A program made the position numbers and the translations under genes. From an uncultured virus (IMG/VR IMGVR_UViG_3300032093_000023) (Duplodnaviria > Heunggongvirae > Uroviricota > Caudoviricetes), in the IMG/VR virus record IMGVR_UViG_3300032093_000023: a DNA stretch of 64,000 nucleotides; one strand, written 5' to 3'. Below the pieces are notes generated by a model. That model searched no databases and was not told where the DNA came from. It was given only the letters and a program-made list of their open reading frames with translations. This document shows positions 37,844 to 46,391 of the stretch, piece after piece (the first letter of the stretch is position 1; each line of letters begins with the position of its first letter).

Positions 37844-38295
37844 TGGAAATAAGAGAAGGAATCAGGTATGAGTATCAAATTGGTAAACTTGCTACAGTTA
37901 AAGAATGTCTAGCTGAAAAAAATAAGTTTTTTGCAGAATTTGATGATGGAGGAACCTGTGCTAGTTACACTAAAGCTTCTTGGGTTAAAGATTTTAAATC
38001 AGGTAGTATTAAATTAGTTGAGTATCCTTATAAAGTAGGTGATTGGGTTTATGATATTAATAAACATTATACTGAACAAGGAACTCCTCAAATTTGTCAA
38101 ATTACTGACATTCAAGAAAAAAGAATTTATGTTAATGGAGAATTAAGTAAATGGGTATATTTAGACAGTTTTAATGAAAAATACAGACCTTGTTTTAAAG
38201 ATGAAATACCTGGTAAAGTAGTTAAACCTAAGAAAGAGAAGAAAGAGGATTATAGTTACTTAGTAGATTTATTTAGAGAAAGGGGGATTACTTAA
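37843..38295 (+). CDS. Hypothetical early protein (modular family)
   Basis: YKVGDWV module; C-terminal EDYSYLVDLF. Confidence 0.6.
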   Translation: MEIREGIRYEYQIGKLATVKECLAEKNKFFAEFDDGGTCASYTKASWVKDFKSGSIKLVEYPYKVGDWVYDINKHYTEQGTPQICQITDIQEKRIYVNGELSKWVYLDSFNEKYRPCFKDEIPGKVVKPKKEKKEDYSYLVDLFRERGIT

Positions 38296-39378
38296 ATGGC
38301 TAAAAAAGAAGAATGTGTACATTGTGAAACACAAGAACAATGGGATTTTGTATCAAAATGTTTTGGTATAGAATTCCACACTAGTTCATTTAAAGAGTAT
38401 CTTGAAAATGGTACAGTTTGTATATATTGGAAATCAGAAACTTTTTCTGATGTAACTTATGCTAAACAATACCATATATTATTAACTTTTACTCAATGGG
38501 AAAAATTAACAAATAATTACTTAAATAATAAACAATTAAATAATAAAGGAATGATAAAACAAATTAATGAAATTTTAGAGAAAACTTATAGTAATCCAAT
38601 ATTGAGAAGAACTATTGTGCCACTGTTTATGTCTAATCCAGGTGCAGGTAAATCTAAGACAATAGCAGCATTTGCTAAGTCTAAAGGTGTTAAAATGGTT
38701 AAGATAACTCTTAGTACTAGAATGCCTAATGAAGTAACGGGTATGGTTATGCCTGACTTAATCAATGATAGAGTAGTACTATTAGATAGTTATCAATTAG
38801 CTAATTTAAATCCTGGAGATATTATATTTTTCGATGAAGTATTTAATGGGACATTAAAACAAACTTTAGATTCATTTTTAAATTTCTTAGAAGATAGGAT
38901 GTTACTTTCAGGTAAAAGCTTAGCTGACGTATTAATTGTTGCAGCTAGTAACCCTCAAGGATTAATTAATCTTACACCTCAAATCAAAGAACGTTTCATT
39001 AGATATGATTTAAAATTTGAAGCATCTGAATATCAAGCTTATTTAAAAGGTAAATATGGTATGCCTGAGAAGATTTCAGCACACTTATGTACTTTAATTA
39101 ATAAAGAGAAGTTTGATCAAGCAGGATGGGATTATGTAACTCCTAGAAGTATAGAGAAAGCTATTAATCAGTTAGGTTGTGAGATGGAAAGTCCTTATGG
39201 TCATATCCTAACTCCTTTCTTAAGTGAAGAAATAATATCTCCAATAGATATTACATCTATTAACATTAAACAAGGAGATAATGTACCTTACATTGAACTA
39301 TTAAAACTAATAGTTAAGAATGAGAATGTAAAAGAGACTGAGAAACAGTTACAAGTTAAAGCAGAATTAATTAATTAA
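38296..39378 (+). CDS. MoxR-like AAA+ ATPase with an extra N-terminal module
   Basis: Walker A SNPGAGKS, Walker B IIFFDE, sensor AASNP, IKERF, TPRS. Confidence 0.8.
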   Translation: MAKKEECVHCETQEQWDFVSKCFGIEFHTSSFKEYLENGTVCIYWKSETFSDVTYAKQYHILLTFTQWEKLTNNYLNNKQLNNKGMIKQINEILEKTYSNPILRRTIVPLFMSNPGAGKSKTIAAFAKSKGVKMVKITLSTRMPNEVTGMVMPDLINDRVVLLDSYQLANLNPGDIIFFDEVFNGTLKQTLDSFLNFLEDRMLLSGKSLADVLIVAASNPQGLINLTPQIKERFIRYDLKFEASEYQAYLKGKYGMPEKISAHLCTLINKEKFDQAGWDYVTPRSIEKAINQLGCEMESPYGHILTPFLSEEIISPIDITSINIKQGDNVPYIELLKLIVKNENVKETEKQLQVKAELIN

Positions 39379-39397
39379 CAACCCAAACAAATAACCA

Positions 39398-40342
39398 ATG
39401 ATTCAAAAAATCGTAAGTCGGAAAGTGGAGTTACCTCCAATCTTTCTAATTGAGAACGAGGAAGACTTTAAAGCCTTGCCTCGTGGATTACCTTATATTA
39501 TAGGTAACAAATCAGAGTTATCGTTCATCACGGTATACTTAGAATTTCAAGTATTATTAAAATCTGCCCTTAAAACTAACTTACCATTAAAGTGGTTAGA
39601 CTGTTTAAAGAGAATAGGTTATAATCATACTAGTATGAGACAATATCAGTTGAAATCCGGTGGAGAATATACTGATGGAGGTAGTGGTAATTACAATTTA
39701 TCAATAGATGACTTTGTAGAAGATCAATACTTTGTAGATTTTGATAAGCTATCTGATTTAAAGATTCTTCCAGTATGGTTAGATGATTTAAAACAAGCTA
39801 TTCAAACTAATATTATTGATGAAGTAATATTTGATCCAGCAGCATTTAATAAACAATTAGGATTAAATGTTGGAGCTAGCACAGTTAAGCATAATATGAA
39901 GAATCTATTAATTTTAGATATTTCATCATCTATGCCTAAATCTGTAGTAATTACCATCACACAATTAGCTAAATTAATGTCTAAGAAGTTTTACGCTGAT
40001 GTAATGTTGACAGGTAGAGAAACCTACTTGATAGATTATGATGATGTACCTAATTATGACATTGTAGGCTCTGTAGCTAAGTTTGGTGGAGGTAATGAAG
40101 GTACTATGTATAAAGAGATTGTTAAAGAACACAAGGAATATAACACAGTAATTTCATTTGGTGATGATGATTCTCCAGCTGGATTTAGTGGTTGTACTAT
40201 CAAAGAGTGTAACTTTAAATGTGAAACTTTATATACATTACATACTGAAAAGAGTAGTGATAATGTAACTGGTTATGCTAAAGCATTAGAACCTAAGACT
40301 ACAATCAAAGTTAAAAACTGGATTTCTTCAGTTAACAAGTAG
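39398..40342 (+). CDS. VWA (MIDAS) domain protein
   Basis: LLILDISSSM (DxSxS), GGGNE, VISFGD; directly follows the MoxR ATPase. Confidence 0.7.
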   Translation: MIQKIVSRKVELPPIFLIENEEDFKALPRGLPYIIGNKSELSFITVYLEFQVLLKSALKTNLPLKWLDCLKRIGYNHTSMRQYQLKSGGEYTDGGSGNYNLSIDDFVEDQYFVDFDKLSDLKILPVWLDDLKQAIQTNIIDEVIFDPAAFNKQLGLNVGASTVKHNMKNLLILDISSSMPKSVVITITQLAKLMSKKFYADVMLTGRETYLIDYDDVPNYDIVGSVAKFGGGNEGTMYKEIVKEHKEYNTVISFGDDDSPAGFSGCTIKECNFKCETLYTLHTEKSSDNVTGYAKALEPKTTIKVKNWISSVNK

Positions 40343-40398
40343 TAAATTAACAAAAACAAATAACAACTAATAATTAACAATTAAAACAAAAAACCAAC

Positions 40399-40896
40399 AT
40401 GGAATTTTTAAAAACATCTGACATCGCATTGAACCCAGCTGGGTATTTAATCAACAAAACTACTAAGAAGCCAGTAGATCACAAAGATTTCGTAACTCAA
40501 CAAAAAGCTGCTGAGTATGTAATTAAGTTAGCTGAGGCTATTAAAGACAAGAACTTTACAGTAGGTAAAGCAGATAACTTAGAAGAAATTAAAGCTGCTG
40601 TAATGGCTTCTATTAATGCTAAGAATGTAAAAGAGTATGCTAAGGCACCTACTAAACCAACTAGTAAAATACAAGATGAGTTAACTCAACATGCATTAGA
40701 TTTTGTAAATTATTATGATAAATCAGCAGAAGCTGAACAAATTAATAAATTAATGGATCAATTTAGTGCAATTGAAGCTATCGAATCAGTTGGAGATTAC
40801 TTCTCTGAAGGATTAACTAAACTGAATGCTATCTATTCAATTAAAGAGATTTTAGCTGCTGTTAAAATCAATGCTGAGAAAATGAAATCAATCTAG
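40399..40896 (+). CDS. Hypothetical helical protein
   Basis: 165 aa ORF with a strong leader. Confidence 0.6.
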   Translation: MEFLKTSDIALNPAGYLINKTTKKPVDHKDFVTQQKAAEYVIKLAEAIKDKNFTVGKADNLEEIKAAVMASINAKNVKEYAKAPTKPTSKIQDELTQHALDFVNYYDKSAEAEQINKLMDQFSAIEAIESVGDYFSEGLTKLNAIYSIKEILAAVKINAEKMKSI

Positions 40897-40979
40897 ATAA
40901 ATTAGGTGCTATTCTGCCGACACAGGGAATAGTTAAATGTGAGTAATGACCACAGCCTATTTATTTTAAAACTAATTAA

Positions 40980-41726
40980 ATGAAAGAACAATTTGAAAAT
41001 GCAATTACGCTTATTAAAAAGCAAGAAAACTTAAATGCTTGTATTGCAGGTAGCGCAATGTTAGGATACCAAGAAGACTGGAATCAAGATATTGACATCT
41101 TCTGTTATGATGAACAAAGTTTTACAGCATTATTATATTTTATGCATTATAATCCAATGTTTAATATATTGGACAAACTAGAATTACACAAATTTAATGA
41201 GTATACTCAGAGAAACAAGTCATCATTGGCTAGTATAGGGTTGATAACACTTAAATTTACTTATAATTTATGTATTCCAATTAATATTGTATTTAAAAAA
41301 TATCAAAAGAATATCTTTGATGTTTTAAGTGCATTTGATATTGATTTAATAGCTCAAGGATACTGTTTAAAAACAGGTAAGTACCTTTCATTAAGAGAAT
41401 CTAAAGATTATGTTGGTACATACAATAGTTGGAATACAAGTTTCCATATAGTAGATCAATGGTCTTGTAGAAGACTAATTCGACAATTTCTTAGGGTAAT
41501 TAAATATACAGAAAGAGGGTATGACTTAACTTCTGTAACTGAAAAATATATTTCTATGATTCAAGAAATTCTTGATGAAGATAATATTTACAAAACACAA
41601 AAAGGTACTGAATTTTATGATAGGACTCAAAAAGAGTTTAGTATTGTTTTACAAATACTACAAGTTTGGAAACTTGAACAAAAGATGACACCTGAAAATC
41701 AATTAATATTACAAACATTTATTTAA
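40980..41726 (+). CDS. Pol-beta-superfamily nucleotidyltransferase (CCA/poly(A) head-like)
   Basis: CIAGS...DIDIF signature, FDI and R..KY..RGY motifs. Confidence 0.7.
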   Translation: MKEQFENAITLIKKQENLNACIAGSAMLGYQEDWNQDIDIFCYDEQSFTALLYFMHYNPMFNILDKLELHKFNEYTQRNKSSLASIGLITLKFTYNLCIPINIVFKKYQKNIFDVLSAFDIDLIAQGYCLKTGKYLSLRESKDYVGTYNSWNTSFHIVDQWSCRRLIRQFLRVIKYTERGYDLTSVTEKYISMIQEILDEDNIYKTQKGTEFYDRTQKEFSIVLQILQVWKLEQKMTPENQLILQTFI

Positions 41727-41738
41727 TAACAACATAAC

Positions 41739-41921
41739 ATGGGAAGTGAAATAGATCGCTTATTGCAAGAATTACAAAATATGAAACATGAAGCTAGCAA
41801 ACATAATGCTAAAGATGTTTGGGATGGTATATCTCGAAAAAAAGATTGGAGTGAATTAGGTTTCCAATCAGAAGAAGAATTAAAACAATTTTTAAGTGAT
41901 AACCCTTATTCCAATATTTAA
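41739..41921 (+). CDS. Hypothetical protein
   Basis: ORF track. Confidence 0.5.
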   Translation: MGSEIDRLLQELQNMKHEASKHNAKDVWDGISRKKDWSELGFQSEEELKQFLSDNPYSNI

Positions 41922-41923
41922 TT

Positions 41924-42175
41924 ATGAGAGATTTTATAAACGAGAATAATATTTCATTTGAACAAGGTTCAAGAAATAGCAGTATAGTAACCTTAATAGG
42001 TTATGCACAACATAAAGGTTTAACTAAGAATCAATTACTTGATGCATTAGAACCTGAGATTAAAGCTGATTCATTCATAGCTCAAGAAGTAGATAGACTT
42101 TACAATTATTGTAAAGATAGAAACTATAAAGCTTTTTGGAGCACTGAAGACGCTAAAATGCAATATACTTTCTAA
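41924..42175 (+). CDS. Stand-alone primase C-terminal (PriCT-like) domain protein
   Basis: FEQGSRNSSIVTLIGYAQHKGL...EVDRLY. Confidence 0.55.
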   Translation: MRDFINENNISFEQGSRNSSIVTLIGYAQHKGLTKNQLLDALEPEIKADSFIAQEVDRLYNYCKDRNYKAFWSTEDAKMQYTF

Positions 42176-42363
42176 TGAAACAGTTATTATTAAATTGGTT
42201 ACTTAAAGATATAACTAGATTTGAAGTTATTAACCATAATAGTAATAAGTATACTTTTGGTAGATGTTTAGTTCATAGCAAAGGTGTAGGTACAGATTAC
42301 ATAGAGTATGAAGTAAATGCTTCTTTACAAGATGATAATAAAACTTTAAAAATATTTATATAA
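42175..42363 (+). CDS. Hypothetical protein
   Basis: ITRFEVINH...SLQDDNKTLKIFI pattern common in phages. Confidence 0.6.
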   Translation: MKQLLLNWLLKDITRFEVINHNSNKYTFGRCLVHSKGVGTDYIEYEVNASLQDDNKTLKIFI

Positions 42364-42665
42364 TGAAATTAGAACCATTTGATTCAAGAACAGGTATAAA
42401 TTTTAGAGATGTTGTAAAAGGTAATAATTTTATGACACCTCAAATACTAGGATATGTAAATCTTAAAAACGGTATAGCAGAAATATCTACTGGTTCAAAG
42501 TTTTTAGATCTAGATATGTTTGGAGTAACTGTAGTAAACTATGGTGTTAAATCTAATCAAGATTCTAAATGTTTTAATTCAATGGAAGAAGTTATAAAAT
42601 ATATTGGAGATTTAAATTATGAAAATCATGATGCACTAGTAAATTTATTAAATAATTTAAGATGA
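42363..42665 (+). CDS. Hypothetical protein
   Basis: ORF track, translationally coupled. Confidence 0.55.
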   Translation: MKLEPFDSRTGINFRDVVKGNNFMTPQILGYVNLKNGIAEISTGSKFLDLDMFGVTVVNYGVKSNQDSKCFNSMEEVIKYIGDLNYENHDALVNLLNNLR

Positions 42666-43129
42666 AAAGTTTTTTGCTACATAAAAACGTACCTACGATT
42701 AAATTTTCAATGCTCCCCGATGGTGTATTTTACGAAGGAGAACTACCTGGAAAAGATTATAATTTAGCAGTTTGTCCAACAGATGAAAAAATGGTTATCG
42801 TGGATATTGATTGTAAGGAAGGTAAAGGTAATGGATATGAGAATATACCAGATAATATATTTAAAGAATTAGTTAAAAGTTATAACTATAAAACTAAATC
42901 TGGAGGTATGCATGTGTTTTTACATTATACGGGAGATAAAGTTCTTTTAAATACTACTTCAAAATTTTCAATTGATTTACGAATTGGTAAAAATAAATCT
43001 ACAGGTAATAATGGTGGTTATGTACGATGGAATGGTGGAGTAGATCCTAGAACAATTGAACATCTAATCAATAATACATCACCTTCATTAAATACTTGGT
43101 TAGAAGTCTTGTTTTCAAAAAATGTATAA
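42662..43129 (+). CDS. Bifunctional primase-polymerase (Prim-Pol) catalytic domain
   Basis: NLAV, VIVDIDCK, TKSGGMHVF, IDLR...GGYV motifs. Confidence 0.8.
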   Translation: MKSFLLHKNVPTIKFSMLPDGVFYEGELPGKDYNLAVCPTDEKMVIVDIDCKEGKGNGYENIPDNIFKELVKSYNYKTKSGGMHVFLHYTGDKVLLNTTSKFSIDLRIGKNKSTGNNGGYVRWNGGVDPRTIEHLINNTSPSLNTWLEVLFSKNV

Positions 43130-43183
43130 ATAACCTTTTAAATATTCCTCTTATTTTTGTATCTTTATAATAAAAATACAGAT

Positions 43184-43921
43184 ATGAAAATAAGTGGAAT
43201 AGGGTTTATTTATATGATTACCAACCCAAAAAGAAAAATTTATATAGGGTCTACAATTGATTTTGATTATAGATTTTCTCAATATAAGAGATTACATTGT
43301 AAGGGACAAACAAAATTATATAGAAGTTTATCTAAATATGGTTATGAAAACCATGCTTTTGATGTAATTTGGGCTGGTCCTATTGAAGAGATGTATAAAT
43401 ATGAAACTATGATTGGATGGGGATTTAATGCGCTAGAAAAAGAAGAGGGGTTAAATTGTAAATTACCTAAATTTGGAGATACTTATAGTGTTTTTAGTGA
43501 TGAAATTAGACTTAAAATTAGTACATCTAATAAAGGATTTAAACATTCAAAAGAGACGAGAGAAAACATGAGTAGGGCAGGTAAAGGTCGGATTTTTACA
43601 GAAGAACATCGTAAAAATATAAGTAATGCTTTTAAAGGACGAAAATTACCTCAAAAACATATAGATATACTTATAGCTTGTCATAAAGGAAAAAAGCAAA
43701 CTCTACAACATAAAAATAATGCTACCAAAGCAAGAATGAAACCAGTATTACAATATGATTTAAATATGAATTTTATAAAAGAATGGGAAAGTATTAAAAC
43801 AGCAGCATTAGAATTAAACATCAATAGTCAAAGTATTGGTTGTTGTTGTAGAAATAAATCAAAAAAAGCCGGAAATTTTAAATGGGAATTTAAATTATTT
43901 CAAGGAGTTAAAGTATTATAA
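43184..43921 (+). CDS. Free-standing GIY-YIG homing endonuclease with NUMOD3/NUMOD1-like repeats
   Basis: FIYMITN...IYIGST, repeats HSKETRENMS/FTEEHRKNIS, KPVLQYD...FIKEWESIK; candidate -7 element TATCTTTA at 43160. Confidence 0.88.
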   Translation: MKISGIGFIYMITNPKRKIYIGSTIDFDYRFSQYKRLHCKGQTKLYRSLSKYGYENHAFDVIWAGPIEEMYKYETMIGWGFNALEKEEGLNCKLPKFGDTYSVFSDEIRLKISTSNKGFKHSKETRENMSRAGKGRIFTEEHRKNISNAFKGRKLPQKHIDILIACHKGKKQTLQHKNNATKARMKPVLQYDLNMNFIKEWESIKTAALELNINSQSIGCCCRNKSKKAGNFKWEFKLFQGVKVL

Positions 43922-43922
43922 C

Positions 43923-44216
43923 ATGACAGAAAAATCTACATTCCCATATAATAATTGGTATTTAAACTTTACTGAAGAACAAAGACCAATTGTAGATAAT
44001 TGGAGAATTAATATTATTAAATTTTCAGATAAACCTTGTCCTTCTAATTATATAAATTGGGAAGGGACTCGGTGCTGGCTGGGGGGGTGGGTGGTTTCTA
44101 TAACTTTTGACCAATTCAAAGAACATGTATTAGGTATTAAACTAGCTCCTGTTATCGAAGAACCACAAGATTACACCTACTTAATAGAATTTTTAAATAA
44201 TAAACAAATAATATGA
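43923..44216 (+). CDS. Hypothetical early protein (modular family) containing a G-rich tract
   Basis: Start MTEKST; ITFDQFKEHVLG module; C-terminal QDYTYLIEFL. Confidence 0.6.
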   Translation: MTEKSTFPYNNWYLNFTEEQRPIVDNWRINIIKFSDKPCPSNYINWEGTRCWLGGWVVSITFDQFKEHVLGIKLAPVIEEPQDYTYLIEFLNNKQII

Positions 44217-44485
44217 CAGAAAATTTAAATTTTGGACAAGCTGTTGAAGCTGCCAAACAAGGTAAAAAAGTAGCTAGAACTGGATGGAATGGTTCAGGTA
44301 TGTTTGCATACATTGTGCCAGCTAATGCTTATCCAGCAAGCACACAAGTGATGAAAGATTATTTTAAAGGTGAGTTAGTTCCTTATCGTGCTTATTGGGC
44401 TTTAAAAACAACGCAAGAAGATATTGCAACTTGGACACCAAGCGGAAGTGATACGTTAGCAGAAGATTGGATAATATTAAATTAA
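44213..44485 (+). CDS. DUF2829/Tad2-like anti-defence nucleotide-sponge protein
   Basis: FGQAVEAAKQGKKVARTGWNG...WTPSGSDTLAEDW signature. Confidence 0.8.
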   Translation: MTENLNFGQAVEAAKQGKKVARTGWNGSGMFAYIVPANAYPASTQVMKDYFKGELVPYRAYWALKTTQEDIATWTPSGSDTLAEDWIILN

Positions 44486-44507
44486 TAAACAAATAAAATA
44501 AATAAAC

Positions 44508-44711
44508 ATGGAAACAACAAATTTAAACACACCTAACACACCTAAAACTATTTCTAAATCAGAATTAACTACTATGGTTAATAATGGTGCTAAGAAAGAA
44601 ACTATTGCAACTTATTATGGTTTAAATGTAGCTCAAACTACTAAACTATTAAAAGATTGTAATTTGACTATTCGTAAGTTTCACAAACCATCTTACATGA
44701 TTGTAGACTAA
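44508..44711 (+). CDS. Small HTH-like protein
   Basis: KETIATYYGLNVAQTTKLL. Confidence 0.5.
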   Translation: METTNLNTPNTPKTISKSELTTMVNNGAKKETIATYYGLNVAQTTKLLKDCNLTIRKFHKPSYMIVD

Positions 44712-44712
44712 T

Positions 44713-45792
44713 ATGACTAAAGATCTTATTCAAGAAAAAGTATTGTCATTATTAGAAGATAAAAGTAGAGCTAGTGTAGCATTAAGTGGAGGAACAGGTA
44801 AAACCCTTATAGGATTAAAACATATGGCTACAAAGCAATTTGGTCATTGTAGATTTTTAGTAGTTGCTCCAAAGAAATCTATTTTTCAGTCTTGGAAAGA
44901 TGACGCTAAAAAGTTTAATCTTGAATATCTTCTTGAAAATATTACATTTTCTACATATATATCTTTAAATAAGCAAAATCATGATTATGATGGGATATAT
45001 GTAGATGAGTGTCACTCTTTAAAACTTTCTCATAATGCTTGGTTAAGTAAGTATCGAGGATATATTATAGGACTAACAGGAACTCCTCCTACAGATTCTA
45101 AATCTGAAAGAGGGTTTATGATAGATAAGTATTGTCCTATTATATACTCATATAATACTGATGAGGCAATTGATCATTCTATTTTAAATGACTACAGAAT
45201 TGTAGTACATTATATTAATTTAGATGGAGAGAAAAATATTAAGGTTGTGAAACCTCAAGCTACTTGGATGACAAGTGAATTAGCTGTCTATAATTATTGG
45301 ACAGGAAGAGTAGATAATTCTATTGGTAAAATGAAGCAGATTGCAGCTATTCAACGCATGAAGGCAATGCAGGGATTTTTATCAAAGGAATTAAAAGCTC
45401 GATATCTTCTTAATAGTATAGGAGAATTTAATAAATGTCTTTGTTTTGCTAGTACTCAAGAGCAATCAGCTAGAATCTGTACAACAACTTATCATTCAAA
45501 TAATAAGTTCTCAGATTCAAATTTAGAGTTATTTAAACAAAGTAAATTATTAAAATTATGTGCTGTAGAGCAACTATCAGAAGGAATTAATATACCTAAT
45601 CTTAAATATGGAATAATACTACACTCTTACGGCAATGAGAGAAAAGCTAGTCAAAAGATATTTAGGTTTCTTAGGTTAAATCCTAATGATTGTAGTACTA
45701 TACACATACTATGTTATAAAGATACAATTGATGAACAGTGGGTTAAATCTGCGTTAAGTGGATTTAGACAAGACAAAATTATGTACGTATGA
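44713..45792 (+). CDS. Superfamily 2 helicase
   Basis: GGTGKT, DECH, GLTGTP, EGINIP, QKIFRFLR. Confidence 0.9.
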   Translation: MTKDLIQEKVLSLLEDKSRASVALSGGTGKTLIGLKHMATKQFGHCRFLVVAPKKSIFQSWKDDAKKFNLEYLLENITFSTYISLNKQNHDYDGIYVDECHSLKLSHNAWLSKYRGYIIGLTGTPPTDSKSERGFMIDKYCPIIYSYNTDEAIDHSILNDYRIVVHYINLDGEKNIKVVKPQATWMTSELAVYNYWTGRVDNSIGKMKQIAAIQRMKAMQGFLSKELKARYLLNSIGEFNKCLCFASTQEQSARICTTTYHSNNKFSDSNLELFKQSKLLKLCAVEQLSEGINIPNLKYGIILHSYGNERKASQKIFRFLRLNPNDCSTIHILCYKDTIDEQWVKSALSGFRQDKIMYV

Positions 45793-46391
45793 TTGAACAA
45801 ATTAGTGTAGACTTAACAAAATTATATACTAATAAGCTTAAAATTGAGGATTGGTTCGTATTATTTTGTTTAGTTCACAATGAAGAAGAAATGTTAATGA
45901 AGTATATTTCTACCACAGGTAGAATAGAAACATTAATATTTCAAAGATTAAGAGATTCTGGATTTATTATCTTGAAAGATGAATCAAATATTCTATTTAA
46001 TGAGATTAAAGTAACAGACCAGGCTAAAAATTTATTTAATGTTTCAGATAATAAAGAATTTGAAATACTATTTAAAGAACTACTGTCTACTTATCCAAAA
46101 TCTGTTAAAAGAATTACTGGTGGTACTAGACCACTACATAATGATCTACAACGATGTAAAAAATTATATAAATCGACGATAGTGAGTATTGGTTTGGTTA
46201 ATAAAGAATTACATAAGAAGATATTATTATGTGTGCAAAAATATCACAGAGACCATCTTAAAGATAATAAACAAGAATTTATGCAATTATTAGCTACTTA
46301 CCTTTCTCAAAGAACTTGGGAACAATATCTTGATGAAGTTACTAATCTTGAAGTATTACCTAAACCAAACACAGACTATGACGCAATTTAA
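45789..46391 (+). CDS. Putative replication initiator/helicase loader
   Basis: wHTH-like N-terminus; FKELLSTYP and YLSQRTWEQY motifs; directly precedes DnaB. Confidence 0.55.
   Translation: MIEQISVDLTKLYTNKLKIEDWFVLFCLVHNEEEMLMKYISTTGRIETLIFQRLRDSGFIILKDESNILFNEIKVTDQAKNLFNVSDNKEFEILFKELLSTYPKSVKRITGGTRPLHNDLQRCKKLYKSTIVSIGLVNKELHKKILLCVQKYHRDHLKDNKQEFMQLLATYLSQRTWEQYLDEVTNLEVLPKPNTDYDAI

Noticed and set aside
43130..43925. Third group I intron around the GIY-YIG gene
   Set aside because: No P7 core elements or interrupted host gene flank it; it appears free-standing.
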